The position numbers and the translations under genes were made by a program. A model generated the notes under the pieces. It did not search any database. It was not told where the DNA came from and saw only the letters and a program-made list of their open reading frames with translations. This document shows positions 44,694 to 55,225 of a stretch of 64,000 nucleotides of DNA, in pieces. The stretch comes from an uncultured Pseudomonadota bacterium (GTDB taxonomy: Bacteria > Pseudomonadota > Alphaproteobacteria > Rs-D84): NCBI GenBank assembly GCA_949296475.1, contig CASFOK010000007.1, forward strand, positions 9,448-73,447, read 5' to 3'. The stretch's first letter is position 1. Each line of letters starts with the position of its first letter.

Positions 44694-46010
44694 TTAACGG
44701 AAACGACCTTTTTTCTGCGCCGTTTTAATAACGCTTTTATATTTACCTGCAACCAAGTAAGACTGTACTTGATTAACGGTATCTAAAACCACACCCGCCA
44801 CGATTAATACGCTTGTTCCACCTATGACAAGTGGCATACCCATATGAGTATTTAAAATGATTGGTATAACACATACAACAACCAAATACATCACACCAAT
44901 TGCGGTTGTACGTGATACGACAGCATCTAAATAATGCATAGTCTGTTCCCCCGGACGAACGCCCGGTACGTATCCGCCCGCGTTTTTCAAATTAGTACTT
45001 GTTTCTTCGGAATTAAAAACAACCGCCGTTTGAAAGTACGCAAAGAACGCAATCAAAACGGTATACGTAATAATATAAGACCAAGTACCATAAGTAAAGA
45101 ATCCCATAATGTTTTGAACAATCAAATTTTCACTTTGAACGAAACGTTGAATAAATGCTGGTAACATCATGATACTTGCTGCAAAAACGGGTCCCATAAC
45201 ACCGGACATATTGACCTTGATTGGTAAATACGAAGCGTTTGTATTTGCGACGCCGTTTGCTGTTACTTGTCTTGGATACAATATTTGTATACGGCGTTGC
45301 GCCTGTTCAAACAAAGCGATTAACGCAACAATACCTACAACGAACGCAACAATTAAAGCAATCATAGCAGGTGATATTTGCCCGACCGAGCCCAAAGAGA
45401 ATAACTTTGCTATTCCCCCTGGAACCTCTGCGATGATACCAGCAAAAATCAACAACGAAGCCCCCTGCCCTATACCGCGTGCGGTAATTTGTTCCGCCAA
45501 CCACATGACAAACACGGTTCCGCCTACCAACGCGATTATTGCGGACAATTCAAACGCGAACCCAGGATTAACAACCGCCGCAACGCCATTAACTGGTGCC
45601 ATAGATTCTAAACCACGAACAACGGCCCAACCTTGAACGACCGCCAAAAATACCGCTAGATATCTAGTATATTGATTTATTTTGATACGTCCAGATTCAC
45701 CTTCCTTGCGCAATTCATTCAAAGATTTACTGGTTGCAGTTAACAATTGCAAAACGATAGATGCAGAAATGTACGGGAATATATTCAAGGCCAATACAGA
45801 CATACGGGACAAAGAACCGCCTGCGAACATATCAAACATACCCATCATTCCGCTACCTTCGCCGCTGAACAAATGCAGCACAGCCGATGCGTTAACACCT
45901 GGTAATGGAATAAAAGATCCTATACGATAAACAATCAACGCCCCAATAGTAAACAATATACGTTTTTGTAAATCTGATAAGTTTCCAAAAAAATCTTTCA
46001 AGAATTTCAT
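44694..46010 (-). CDS. secY: Preprotein translocase subunit SecY
   Basis: 438 aa, 10 TM segments, typical motifs (LFTIGALIVYRIGSFIPLPG, GIMPYISASI-like). Confidence 0.95.
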   Translation of the reverse strand: MKFLKDFFGNLSDLQKRILFTIGALIVYRIGSFIPLPGVNASAVLHLFSGEGSGMMGMFDMFAGGSLSRMSVLALNIFPYISASIVLQLLTATSKSLNELRKEGESGRIKINQYTRYLAVFLAVVQGWAVVRGLESMAPVNGVAAVVNPGFAFELSAIIALVGGTVFVMWLAEQITARGIGQGASLLIFAGIIAEVPGGIAKLFSLGSVGQISPAMIALIVAFVVGIVALIALFEQAQRRIQILYPRQVTANGVANTNASYLPIKVNMSGVMGPVFAASIMMLPAFIQRFVQSENLIVQNIMGFFTYGTWSYIITYTVLIAFFAYFQTAVVFNSEETSTNLKNAGGYVPGVRPGEQTMHYLDAVVSRTTAIGVMYLVVVCVIPIILNTHMGMPLVIGGTSVLIVAGVVLDTVNQVQSYLVAGKYKSVIKTAQKKGRFR

Positions 46011-46030
46011 GCGAACGAACTTTTATTTAT

Positions 46031-46062
46031 ATATTTGCATCTGGCGCACCAGATGCAAATAT
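46031..46062. repeat. Perfect 14-bp inverted repeat with 4-nt loop in the rplO-secY spacer
   Basis: ATATTTGCATCTGG-CGCA-CCAGATGCAAATAT. No T-run follows on the transcribed strand. Confidence 0.85.
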
Positions 46063-46068
46063 CAAAGG

Positions 46069-46527
46069 TTATTTGTTTTTGATTGATCCACCAGCCTTTA
46101 CAATTGCTTCTTCGGCGGACTTTGACCATTTATCTGCAACAATATTTACAGCAGATTTAATTTCGCCTTTTGCCAAAACTTTTAAACCAGACTTTTTACG
46201 ATTAATAATCTTGGCATTTAACAAAGAATCAATTGTAATTGTTGACTTTGCGTCAATTTTACCAGATGCGATGAATTTTTCAATGTCACCTAAGTTAATA
46301 GTAACATATTCTTTTGCAAATGGGTTATTAAAACCAAATTTTGGGAAGCGACGTAAAATCGGCATTTGACCGCCCTGGAAAGTAGCCTGTTTACGAGAAC
46401 CGCTACGTGCTTTTTGACCTTTATTACCGCGGCCAGAAGTCTTACCCATACCAGAACCGATACCACGACCAACGCGTTTAGCATTCGCACGGGCACCGAA
46501 ATTATCCATCAAAGCATTAAGTTTCAT
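46069..46527 (-). CDS. rplO: 50S ribosomal protein L15
   Basis: MKLNALMDNFGARANAKRVGRGIGSGMGKTSGRGNKGQKARSG. Start trimmed to the ATG at 46525-46527, after an AAAGGAAAA Shine-Dalgarno. Confidence 0.94.
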   Translation of the reverse strand: MKLNALMDNFGARANAKRVGRGIGSGMGKTSGRGNKGQKARSGSRKQATFQGGQMPILRRFPKFGFNNPFAKEYVTINLGDIEKFIASGKIDAKSTITIDSLLNAKIINRKKSGLKVLAKGEIKSAVNIVADKWSKSAEEAIVKAGGSIKNK

Positions 46528-46606
46528 TTTGTTTTCCTTTTTCCTGCGAACTATTTTTAAGTATAGTTCTTTTTTCGCACACAAACAAGTGTACTCGGTT
46601 TAAAAT

Positions 46607-46786
46607 TTATTTTTCAACGATTTCTACTAAATGAGAAACCTTTGCAACCATGCCGCGAACGGCAGGCGTATCACCCAGTTCTTTTGTTTTACCGATACGT
46701 CCCAAACCTAGTGCGGCGATAACCTTGCGTTGATCTTCTGGGCGCCCGATAACACTTTTAACCTGTTTAACAATTATCTTTGCCAT
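46607..46786 (-). CDS. rpmD: 50S ribosomal protein L30
   Basis: Not in the ORF track because it is only 59 aa. My own translation reads [59 protein letters not shown]. Confidence 0.9.
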   Translation of the reverse strand: MAKIIVKQVKSVIGRPEDQRKVIAALGLGRIGKTKELGDTPAVRGMVAKVSHLVEIVEK

Positions 46787-46816
46787 GATTCATTACTCCG
46801 TTTTTATTATCAGAAA

Positions 46817-47371
46817 TTATTTATCTTGTGTTTGAGGTTCCAATTTTTTCCCATCACGCCCAGCGATAATTTCTGCAACAGTTTTACCACGACGCGCTGC
46901 AACGGTTTTCGGCGAATTCATTTTTGCAAAAGCCAAGAACGCTGCACGAATCATATTATTAGGATTATTTGACCCTTGCGATTTTACAACCACGTCTTGA
47001 ACGCCCAAGCATTCAAACACAGCACGCAAAGCACCACCAGCAATGATACCAGTACCTGGAACCGCGCTACGAACGACCAACTTACTTGCGCCATATTTTG
47101 CTGCGCTATCATGATGCAAGGTGCGACCTTCTTTCAAAGGAACGCGTATCATTTTCGCCTTTGCTGCTTTTGTTGCTTTTTGAACAGCCGCTTGTACTTC
47201 CAAAGCTTTACCTTTACCGAAACCAACTCTACCTGCCTTATCGCCGACCACAACCAAGGCCGAGAAAGACATATTGCGACCACCCTTTACAGTCTTAGAT
47301 ACGCGATTGATAGAAACTAATTTGTCTACCAAGTTATCTGTCTGTAATTTTTTATCATCAAAACGTGCCAT
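46817..47371 (-). CDS. rpsE: 30S ribosomal protein S5
   Basis: [39 protein letters not shown]... Confidence 0.96.
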   Translation of the reverse strand: MARFDDKKLQTDNLVDKLVSINRVSKTVKGGRNMSFSALVVVGDKAGRVGFGKGKALEVQAAVQKATKAAKAKMIRVPLKEGRTLHHDSAAKYGASKLVVRSAVPGTGIIAGGALRAVFECLGVQDVVVKSQGSNNPNNMIRAAFLAFAKMNSPKTVAARRGKTVAEIIAGRDGKKLEPQTQDK

Positions 47372-47393
47372 TTATAAACTCCGTATTTCACAA

Positions 47394-47750
47394 TTAAATT
47401 CTAACGCCACCAGCACGAATTGCTTCGCACAGTGCTTTTACGCGACCATGATAACGATAACCACCACGATCAAAATAACAATTATCAGCAATTTTTGCCT
47501 TAACTGCGCGTTCTGCAAAAGCCTTACCGACTAATTCAGCCCCGGCAACATTCCAGCCCTTACCCTTAAAGTCTTTTTCTTTTGAGGACGCAGCACAAAC
47601 TGTATGACCTTTTACGTCATCAATAGCCTGGATTTCTATATGACGACCAGAACGGAAAACCGACAGACGAATTTTTCCTGGATTTTTTCTTTTTAACGCA
47701 GCGCGATTTGCTAACTTACGTCTTTCTTCAGTAGACAAATGTTTTAACAT
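47394..47750 (-). CDS. rplR: 50S ribosomal protein L18
   Basis: [18 protein letters not shown]...[23 protein letters not shown]. Confidence 0.95.
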   Translation of the reverse strand: MLKHLSTEERRKLANRAALKRKNPGKIRLSVFRSGRHIEIQAIDDVKGHTVCAASSKEKDFKGKGWNVAGAELVGKAFAERAVKAKIADNCYFDRGGYRYHGRVKALCEAIRAGGVRI

Positions 47751-47768
47751 TTCGTTTCCTTTTTTCTA

Positions 47769-47786
47769 TTCCCGTAACAGCGGGAA
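47769..47786. repeat. Spacer hairpin family A, copy 1 (rplF-rplR spacer)
   Basis: TTCCCG-TAACAG-CGGGAA. It shares the 12-nt core CCGTAACAGCGG with 49732-49743. Confidence 0.8.
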
Positions 47787-47800
47787 CTAAACCTTATTTA

Positions 47801-48352
47801 TTATTTCTTTTTACCTTCTTTGCGACGAATTCTTTCGCCCTTAAAGAAAATGCCTTTACCTTTATATGGGTCTGCTTTACGAACTTTGCGGATTTTATCA
47901 GCGAACTGCCCGACCAAGCACTTATCAATACCCATAACTGTAAATTCTGTTGGTGTATCGCCCATTTTCACGCTTAAACCTTCTGGAATTTCCATTATAA
48001 CGTCATGGGAATAACCGGCAACCAATACCAACTTGTTACCGTTTACAGAAGCCTTATAACCAACGCCGTTCATATACATTGGTTTTGAAAAACCTTCTGA
48101 TACCCCCTGAACAGCAGCGCGAATGTTGCGAGCCATTGTTCCCCACATAGTACGTGAAGTCTTTTCTTCCGCGTCTTTTGGAGTAACAATAACATGTTCT
48201 GCATCAATCTTTATATCAACCAAACCAGCATGTTTTGTATCCAAAGATATTTTTATTTCACCTTTTGGGCCTTTAACCGTCAAGACGTTCCCAGCAATTA
48301 CCGCAGATACGCCTTCTGTTAATTTTATTGGATATTTTCCTGCACGAGACAT
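47801..48352 (-). CDS. rplF: 50S ribosomal protein L6
   Basis: MSRAGKYPIKLTEGVSAVIAGNVLTVKGPKGE... Confidence 0.96.
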   Translation of the reverse strand: MSRAGKYPIKLTEGVSAVIAGNVLTVKGPKGEIKISLDTKHAGLVDIKIDAEHVIVTPKDAEEKTSRTMWGTMARNIRAAVQGVSEGFSKPMYMNGVGYKASVNGNKLVLVAGYSHDVIMEIPEGLSVKMGDTPTEFTVMGIDKCLVGQFADKIRKVRKADPYKGKGIFFKGERIRRKEGKKK

Positions 48353-48371
48353 AACTAAATCCTTACTTTAA

Positions 48372-48770
48372 TTAGATAACCTTGCACAATACTTCGCCAC
48401 CGACATTCATCAAGCGCGCCTTGTGGTCGGTCATAACGCCGTTTGGTGTAGAAACAATCGCAATGCCCAAGCCGTTTAATACTTTCGGCATCTTTGCGCT
48501 GCCAGAATATACACGACGACCTGGCTTTGAAACAACTGAAATTTCTTGGATTGCACCGTTTCCGCCCACATACTTTAATTCAATTACCAAATTAGCGCGA
48601 TGTTCGTCAATCTGTTCTTTGCGGAAATCAGTGATGAAACCTTCATCTTTCAAAACAGTTAAAACTGCTGCACGCAATTTGCTGTTTGGAACAGTTACAA
48701 ATTCTTTACCGGCATTCTGACCGTTACGAATACGAGTCAGCATATCTCCGATTGGGTGTGATAATGACAT
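48372..48770 (-). CDS. rpsH: 30S ribosomal protein S8
   Basis: MSLSHPIGDMLTRIRNGQNAGKEFV... Confidence 0.96.
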   Translation of the reverse strand: MSLSHPIGDMLTRIRNGQNAGKEFVTVPNSKLRAAVLTVLKDEGFITDFRKEQIDEHRANLVIELKYVGGNGAIQEISVVSKPGRRVYSGSAKMPKVLNGLGIAIVSTPNGVMTDHKARLMNVGGEVLCKVI

Positions 48771-48843
48771 CTTTTACTCCTTCTAAGCGACGATATTTTC
48801 GTCCTTGTTTCCAGCTGCATTGTCCACAACTGGCGTTTAAAAT

Positions 48844-49146
48844 TTACCAACTAGATTTACGTACGCCCGGCAATTTCCCTTCAGAAGCCATTGTACGAAC
48901 CTGTTGACGACACAAACCGAACAAACGTGAAAAACCGCGCGCACGACCGGTCACAGAACAACGATTGCGCAAACGTGTTGGATTTGCGTTACGTGGCAGT
49001 TTTGCAGCCTTCAACATTGCTTCCTGACGTTCTTCTGGTTTAGCGTTTCTGGACATTTTTGCTTTATTTGCTTCGCGCTTTTTTGCATATTGCGCGACCA
49101 ACTTTTCGCGTTTTTTCTGTTTATTTATTAATGCTAACTTTGCCAT
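48844..49146 (-). CDS. rpsN: 30S ribosomal protein S14 (long, non-zinc form)
   Basis: MAKLALINKQKKREKLVAQYAKKR...RNRCSVTGRARGF...LPGVRKSSW. Confidence 0.95.
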   Translation of the reverse strand: MAKLALINKQKKREKLVAQYAKKREANKAKMSRNAKPEERQEAMLKAAKLPRNANPTRLRNRCSVTGRARGFSRLFGLCRQQVRTMASEGKLPGVRKSSW

Positions 49147-49161
49147 TTTTATACCTTTTTA

Positions 49162-49707
49162 TTATTTTAAAACCAACGGCAAGCCGATTTTTGTCAGCAA
49201 AGCACGTGCTTCATCGTCTGTTTTTGCGGTTGTTGCGATAACTATATCCATACCACGGATTGAATCAATTTTATCAACCGAGATTTCTGGGAATATCAAG
49301 TGTTCTTTAATACCAAAAGCATAGTTACCACGACCGTCAAATTTAGACTTTGATAAACCACGAAAGTCTTTTACACGTGGCAAGGCAACTGTAATTAATT
49401 TGTCCAAGAAATCATACATTCTTTTACCACGCAATGTAACCTTTGTACCAATGGCTTGACCTTCACGTAAACGATACGTTGCGATTGACTTTCTGGCCTT
49501 TGTTACGACTGGCTTTTGTGCGGCAATAGCGGTCAAATCTGCAACTGCAGAATCCAATTTCTTTTTATCAGATACAGCTTCGCCGACCCCCATGTTCAAA
49601 ACAATTTTTGACAATTTAGGAACTGCCAATGGGTTCGTGTACCCGAATTCTTTAATTAATTCAGGAACGATTTCTTTTTCATAAATTTCACGCAATCTGC
49701 TTTGCAT
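49162..49707 (-). CDS. rplE: 50S ribosomal protein L5
   Basis: [40 protein letters not shown]. Confidence 0.96.
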   Translation of the reverse strand: MQSRLREIYEKEIVPELIKEFGYTNPLAVPKLSKIVLNMGVGEAVSDKKKLDSAVADLTAIAAQKPVVTKARKSIATYRLREGQAIGTKVTLRGKRMYDFLDKLITVALPRVKDFRGLSKSKFDGRGNYAFGIKEHLIFPEISVDKIDSIRGMDIVIATTAKTDDEARALLTKIGLPLVLK

Positions 49708-49727
49708 TTTTTATTCCTTAACGTTTT

Positions 49728-49747
49728 GTTTCCGTAACAGCGGAAAC
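49728..49747. repeat. Spacer hairpin family A, copy 2 (rplX-rplE spacer)
   Basis: GTTTCCG-TAACAG-CGGAAAC. Same loop and core as 47769-47786. Confidence 0.8.
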
Positions 49748-49754
49748 CGGTTAT

Positions 49755-50057
49755 TTATAATTCTGCGCCTGACTTTTTAGCAACGCGAACTTTCTTATCG
49801 CCATCCATTTTGTAACCAACGCGTGTTGCCTTTTTTGTTTTTGGATCAACCAAAGCAACGTTAGAAACATGGATAGGTGCTTCACGGTCAATGATATGAC
49901 CTGCTTTTTCTTGCGTTGGTTTGATGTGCCATTTATGACGATTAACACCTTCAACAACAACGCGTGATTCGGACGGGCGTGCCTCCAAGACTTTGCCTTT
50001 GACGCCTTTATATTTTCCCGAAATAACTACGACTTCATCGCCTTTTTTAATTTTCAT
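49755..50057 (-). CDS. rplX: 50S ribosomal protein L24
   Basis: [26 protein letters not shown] (KOW motif). Confidence 0.95.
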   Translation of the reverse strand: MKIKKGDEVVVISGKYKGVKGKVLEARPSESRVVVEGVNRHKWHIKPTQEKAGHIIDREAPIHVSNVALVDPKTKKATRVGYKMDGDKKVRVAKKSGAEL

Positions 50058-50111
50058 TTCGTAACCTTTTATCTAACTTCTGGACTAAACTTATTGTTTT
50101 CAACCCATTTG

Positions 50112-50486
50112 TTATATTACTTCTGGTGCCAAAGACACGATTTTTTGAACGTCATATTTACGACGAACTTCACGCGCGATTGGTCCAAAGATACGCGTAC
50201 CAATAGGTTCAAAATTATTTTTGTTTATCAGAACAACAGCGTTGTCATCAAAACGAATGATAGAACCGTCTGGACGTTTAACAGGAAACTTTGTACGAAC
50301 GATGATAGCACGTTGTACAGTACCTTTTTGAACTTTACCGCGTGGAATTGCTTCTTTAATTGCAACGACAATCTTGTCGCCCACAGTTGCATAACGACGG
50401 TGTGACCCACCTAAAACCTTGATGCACATAGCCTTACGCGCACCAGAATTATCAGCAACTGTCATAACTGTTTCATTTTGTATCAT
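50112..50486 (-). CDS. rplN: 50S ribosomal protein L14
   Basis: [33 protein letters not shown]... Confidence 0.96.
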   Translation of the reverse strand: MIQNETVMTVADNSGARKAMCIKVLGGSHRRYATVGDKIVVAIKEAIPRGKVQKGTVQRAIIVRTKFPVKRPDGSIIRFDDNAVVLINKNNFEPIGTRIFGPIAREVRRKYDVQKIVSLAPEVI

Positions 50487-50592
50487 AACTTCACCTTTTT
50501 ACTGCGAGTCGGGCCATCCCCAACTGCTTTGTTATAGGTTCCGACTGTCTGTCAGTATACGCTGTACCCGACCTCAAAGAACCTGTTGTGAC

Positions 50593-50862
50593 TTAGTCAA
50601 CGATTTCAACCGCATCGTCTTTAGAGACACCAACGCGCCCCTTAACAATCCAAGACTTTGTCTTAGAGATTGGACGATGTTCTTCAATGGCAACGATATC
50701 ACCAACTTTATATTCGTTGTTTTCATCGTGTGCCTTGTACTTTTTGTTCTGCTTCACGAACTTACCATACAACGGATGACGGAAACGGCGTTCTACTTCT
50801 ACGACGACTGTTTTGTCATTTGCTGTACTTTTAACTGTTCCTTGCAGTATACGTCTTGGCAT
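50593..50862 (-). CDS. rpsQ: 30S ribosomal protein S17
   Basis: [32 protein letters not shown]... Confidence 0.95.
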   Translation of the reverse strand: MPRRILQGTVKSTANDKTVVVEVERRFRHPLYGKFVKQNKKYKAHDENNEYKVGDIVAIEEHRPISKTKSWIVKGRVGVSKDDAVEIVD

Positions 50863-50898
50863 AACTATAATCCCTTACATTTTCTTTTTCGTTTTCCG

Positions 50899-50916
50899 TT
50901 TGTATGGCCATACAAA
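50899..50916. repeat. Perfect 18-bp palindrome in the rpsQ-rpmC spacer
   Basis: TTTGTATGGCCATACAAA. A second palindrome, TCTAAAATTTTAGA, lies at 50963-50976. Confidence 0.8.
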
Positions 50917-51000
50917 ACCGTCAAACGAACACCCTTTTTATCTAAGATTTCGGCATATGATATCTAAAATTTTAGAAATCTCAACAAAAATCTACAATTT

Positions 51001-51195
51001 TTATTTTTTTGCAGCGTTTAATTTTGTCTTTACGCGTGCAATTTCGCGACGGGTTTGACGCATAACGTGCGTTTTTGGCATCTGCCCCGCAGCATGTTGA
51101 AAGCGCTGATTAAATTGATCTTTCTTCAAATTATCCAGTTTGCTTTGCAATGCTTCCAACGTCAAAGATTCTTTTTCCACTTTCTTTTCTGCCAT
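51001..51195 (-). CDS. rpmC: 50S ribosomal protein L29
   Basis: LEALQSKLDNLKKDQFNQRFQHAAGQMPKTHVMRQTRREIARVKT. Confidence 0.93.
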   Translation of the reverse strand: MAEKKVEKESLTLEALQSKLDNLKKDQFNQRFQHAAGQMPKTHVMRQTRREIARVKTKLNAAKK

Positions 51196-51246
51196 TTTTT
51201 TAACCTTTTTGCCTTGCTCCGTATTAAACGGCGTACGAATTATAAC

Positions 51247-51660
51247 TTAGTTAACCTTACGTTCAACAATTTTTGTTTTAACTGGCAATTTTGCTGCCGC
51301 CAAAGCGAACGCTTCGTATGCAACTTCCGGTTTAACTCCGTCTAATTCAAACAAGATACGACCAGGTTTAACACGACAAATCCAGTATTCAACTGCACCT
51401 TTACCTTTACCCATACGAACTTCGGCAGGTTTCTTTGTAACAGGTACGTCTGGGAATACACGAATCCACAATTTACCCATACGCCTCATATGACGAGTGA
51501 TTGCACGACGCGCGGCTTCTATTTGACGCGCAGTTATACGTTCAGGTGTCATGGCTTTCAAACCAAAAGAACCGAACGCCAATTCGCTACCACCTTTGGC
51601 AACGCCATGAATGCGGCCTTTGTGCTGTTTGCGAAATTTTGTTTTATTTGGCATTAACAT
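51247..51660 (-). CDS. rplP: 50S ribosomal protein L16
   Basis: [36 protein letters not shown]. Confidence 0.96.
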   Translation of the reverse strand: MLMPNKTKFRKQHKGRIHGVAKGGSELAFGSFGLKAMTPERITARQIEAARRAITRHMRRMGKLWIRVFPDVPVTKKPAEVRMGKGKGAVEYWICRVKPGRILFELDGVKPEVAYEAFALAAAKLPVKTKIVERKVN

Positions 51661-51691
51661 AATAACTACCTTTTAATTTTGCTCTTAATTT

Positions 51692-51725
51692 TTGACGTCC
51701 CCGGCACCATATAGATGACCGTCAA
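51692..51725. repeat. Spacer hairpin family B, copy 1 (rpsC-rplP spacer)
   Basis: TTGACG...CGTCAA outer stem encloses CCGGCACCATATAGATGACCG. The 15-nt core CACCATATAGATGAC (51705-51719) is identical to 53272-53286. Confidence 0.8.
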
Positions 51726-51729
51726 AAAA

Positions 51730-52431
51730 TTATTTACCTTTTCTTTCGCTACTGCCGGCGTATTCAGCGGGACGAGCCATTTCAGACGCCAACTTTTCTT
51801 TATTTACAACGTCACCAGTATAAATCCAAACTTTTACGCCGATAACGCCATAAGTGGTTTTTGCTTGAATTGACGCATAGTCAATATCAGCACGTAATGT
51901 ATGCAAAGGAATGCGACCTTCACGAATTTGTTCGCTACGCGCAATTTCAGCACCGTTAAGACGACCAGAGCACATAACCTTGATACCCTGCGCCCCCGCT
52001 TTCAAAGCGTTTTGAACCGCCTTTTTCATTGCACGTTTGAAAGACACACGGCCTTCAATTTGTTGTGCGATGCTCTGCGCGACCAATTGAGCATTTAAGT
52101 CTGGTCGGCGAACTTCATAAATATTCACAACTACCTGATCGTTTTTAACCAACTTTTTGATATCGTTACGTAACGCTTCAATATCGGCACCGTTCTTACC
52201 GATAATCATACCAGGACGAGACGTATGAACTGTTACCACTACTTTTTTTGCAAAGCGTTCAATAACGACCTTGGCCAAGCCTGCTTTTTTAAGTTTCTTT
52301 TCAATGAACTTGCGAATTTTGATATCTTCCGCCAACAAATTCGCATAGTCTTTTTTACCTGCAATCCAACGTGAATCTGTTACTTTATTAATGAACTCAC
52401 GTAATGAGATTGGTGATACTTTTTGTCCCAT
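51730..52431 (-). CDS. rpsC: 30S ribosomal protein S3
   Basis: [11 protein letters not shown]...KH domain...[12 protein letters not shown]. Confidence 0.96.
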   Translation of the reverse strand: MGQKVSPISLREFINKVTDSRWIAGKKDYANLLAEDIKIRKFIEKKLKKAGLAKVVIERFAKKVVVTVHTSRPGMIIGKNGADIEALRNDIKKLVKNDQVVVNIYEVRRPDLNAQLVAQSIAQQIEGRVSFKRAMKKAVQNALKAGAQGIKVMCSGRLNGAEIARSEQIREGRIPLHTLRADIDYASIQAKTTYGVIGVKVWIYTGDVVNKEKLASEMARPAEYAGSSERKGK

Positions 52432-52517
52432 TTTCTTACTTCCTTATTTTATCACAAGTGTTCTTGAAACCTTTCGGTTTTATTCAGGATAAAAATCCAT
52501 ACCACTTGTGTTTTACC

Positions 52518-52940
52518 TTATTTAGCCTTTTCCTTTTTGGCTGCTTTTTCTTTTTTTACGGTTTTCTTAGCAGGCGCCACCCCAGATTCTAAAATGATTG
52601 TCAAATTAGAAAAAGGTTTCAGAATTGGTCTTGCACTGCCGCGCGGTCCCGGCATGATACGCTTCATTGTCAAAGCCTTGCCACACCAAATTTCTTTGAC
52701 GAACAAGCTATCTGCAGGCAGATTTTTATTATTTTCTGCGTTTGCAACTGCTGACAATAAAGTTTTCAACACTTCACCAGCCACACGTTTCTTTGAAAAC
52801 TTCAAGACATCAATAGCCCTTTCTACTGGCAACCCGCGAACAGTGTCGCAAACCAAACCAAGTTTTTGATGGCTGACGCGAATTAATTTATTAAACGCGC
52901 GCGCTTGATTATCTTTTATTCCATATCTTGTCGTTGTCAT
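52518..52940 (-). CDS. rplV: 50S ribosomal protein L22 with Lys-rich C-terminal tail
   Basis: IRVSHQKLGLVCDTVRGLPVERAIDVLKFSKKRVAGEV... plus the tail KKTVKKEKAAKKEKAK. Confidence 0.95.
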   Translation of the reverse strand: MTTTRYGIKDNQARAFNKLIRVSHQKLGLVCDTVRGLPVERAIDVLKFSKKRVAGEVLKTLLSAVANAENNKNLPADSLFVKEIWCGKALTMKRIMPGPRGSARPILKPFSNLTIILESGVAPAKKTVKKEKAAKKEKAK

Positions 52941-52956
52941 AACTACTTACCCTATT

Positions 52957-53244
52957 TTATTTTTTGGCGGCCGCAGCTTTTTTATTTGCTGCATGACCTT
53001 TAAATGTACGTGTCGGTGCAAATTCACCCAATTTATGTCCAATCATATCTTCTACGATAGAAACAGGAATGAACTTGTTACCATTATGAACTTCAAAAGT
53101 CAAACCAACCATTGAAGGTACAATCGTGCTGCCACGAGACCAAGTTTTAATTGGTTTATGGTCGTTTTTTTCGTTCGCCGCCGCCGCTTTCTTTAAAACG
53201 GAAGGATGAACATAAGGACCTTTCCATACTGACCGAGACATCAA
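52957..53244 (-). CDS. rpsS: 30S ribosomal protein S19
   Basis: [17 protein letters not shown]...[36 protein letters not shown]. Confidence 0.96.
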   Translation of the reverse strand: MMSRSVWKGPYVHPSVLKKAAAANEKNDHKPIKTWSRGSTIVPSMVGLTFEVHNGNKFIPVSIVEDMIGHKLGEFAPTRTFKGHAANKKAAAAKK

Positions 53245-53266
53245 TTACTCCGTTTTTTCTTTTTTC

Positions 53267-53289
53267 TCCGTCACCATATAGATGACGGA
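53267..53289. repeat. Spacer hairpin family B, copy 2 (rplB-rpsS spacer)
   Basis: TCCGTCA-CCATATAGA-TGACGGA is a perfect 7-bp stem with the same core as 51705-51719. Confidence 0.8.
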
Positions 53290-53296
53290 CTATTTA

Positions 53297-54130
<834 letters not shown>

Positions 54131-54202
54131 TTTTTCTTACCTTTATTTATATTCTGACAATAACATCCCGAACGCTTCGGATTCTCTGCCAGAATTGTTT
54201 AC

Positions 54203-54535
54203 CTATATATTTGCCGACAAATCCAATTTTGCATCTTTCGGCAAAGATACATACGCTTTTTTAACAGCGCGTTGCGTGCCCTTACCACGACCGCGGAAAG
54301 ATTTTTCCTTTCCCTTTACCACTATAATATTAACCTTGGTCGGTTTTATATTATAGATGGCTTCTACAGCACGGGCAACGTCTTCCTTGGTAGCATCTGC
54401 CGCAACTTCAAAAGCAACGCCGTTACTTTCGGACAGCTTTGCCGCCTTTTCTGAGATTATCGGACGACGCAGTATATCATAAATACCAGCAGTCGCAACG
54501 ATTTTTTTCTCTGCATTAACTTTCTTTTCTGCCAT
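54203..54535 (-). CDS. rplW: 50S ribosomal protein L23
   Basis: IYDILRRPIISEKAAKLSESNGVAFEVAADATKEDVARAVE. Confidence 0.94.
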   Translation of the reverse strand: MAEKKVNAEKKIVATAGIYDILRRPIISEKAAKLSESNGVAFEVAADATKEDVARAVEAIYNIKPTKVNIIVVKGKEKSFRGRGKGTQRAVKKAYVSLPKDAKLDLSANI

Positions 54536-54573
54536 TTTTTTACCTTTTCGTCATCACTTAACAAATCATTTAA

Positions 54574-55194
54574 TTATGCCAAGCGTGCTTCCACCGCTTT
54601 GACCGCATCTGCTGTCAAAACTAACTTTTCATGTTTCAAAATATCCAAAACGTTCAAACCAATAGTTGGCAAGACATCAATGTTTGGAATATTAGCCGCC
54701 GACTTCTTAAAGTTTCCATCTATATCAGTTGCCGCAACAAACAAAGCAGAAGAAATTCCCAACTTTTTCAACTGTTTTGCAAAAGCCCCTGTTTTAGCAG
54801 CAGATAACTTTTCAGAATCAATGACAACTAAACAGCCATCTTTAACCTTTGAAGACAAGGCCATTTTCAAACCTAATGCGCGAACTTTCTTTGGCAAGTC
54901 AATAGAGTGATCACGAACAACAGGTCCATGAACTACGCCACCGCCACGCATATGAACATTGTATCTTTCACCCTGACGAGCATTACCTGTTTTCTTCTGT
55001 TTGAAAGCTTTTTTACCGCTACCTTTTACATCAGAAACGGTTTTAACAGCATGTGTCCCTGCGCGGGATTTTGCACGTTGCCAAGTAACAACACGATGCA
55101 AAATATCTGCACGTGGATCCAAGCCGAAAATTTGATCAGCCAAATCTACTTTGCCGACCGCTTTACCATCAAAATTTATAATATCTACTTGCAT
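54574..55194 (-). CDS. rplD: 50S ribosomal protein L4
   Basis: MQVDIINFDGKAVGKVDLADQIFG... Start trimmed to the ATG at 55194, because the longer ORF would overlap rplC. Confidence 0.93.
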   Translation of the reverse strand: MQVDIINFDGKAVGKVDLADQIFGLDPRADILHRVVTWQRAKSRAGTHAVKTVSDVKGSGKKAFKQKKTGNARQGERYNVHMRGGGVVHGPVVRDHSIDLPKKVRALGLKMALSSKVKDGCLVVIDSEKLSAAKTGAFAKQLKKLGISSALFVAATDIDGNFKKSAANIPNIDVLPTIGLNVLDILKHEKLVLTADAVKAVEARLA

Positions 55195-55225
55195 TTTTTT
55201 CACCTTACTCTTCTGTCGCCTTATA

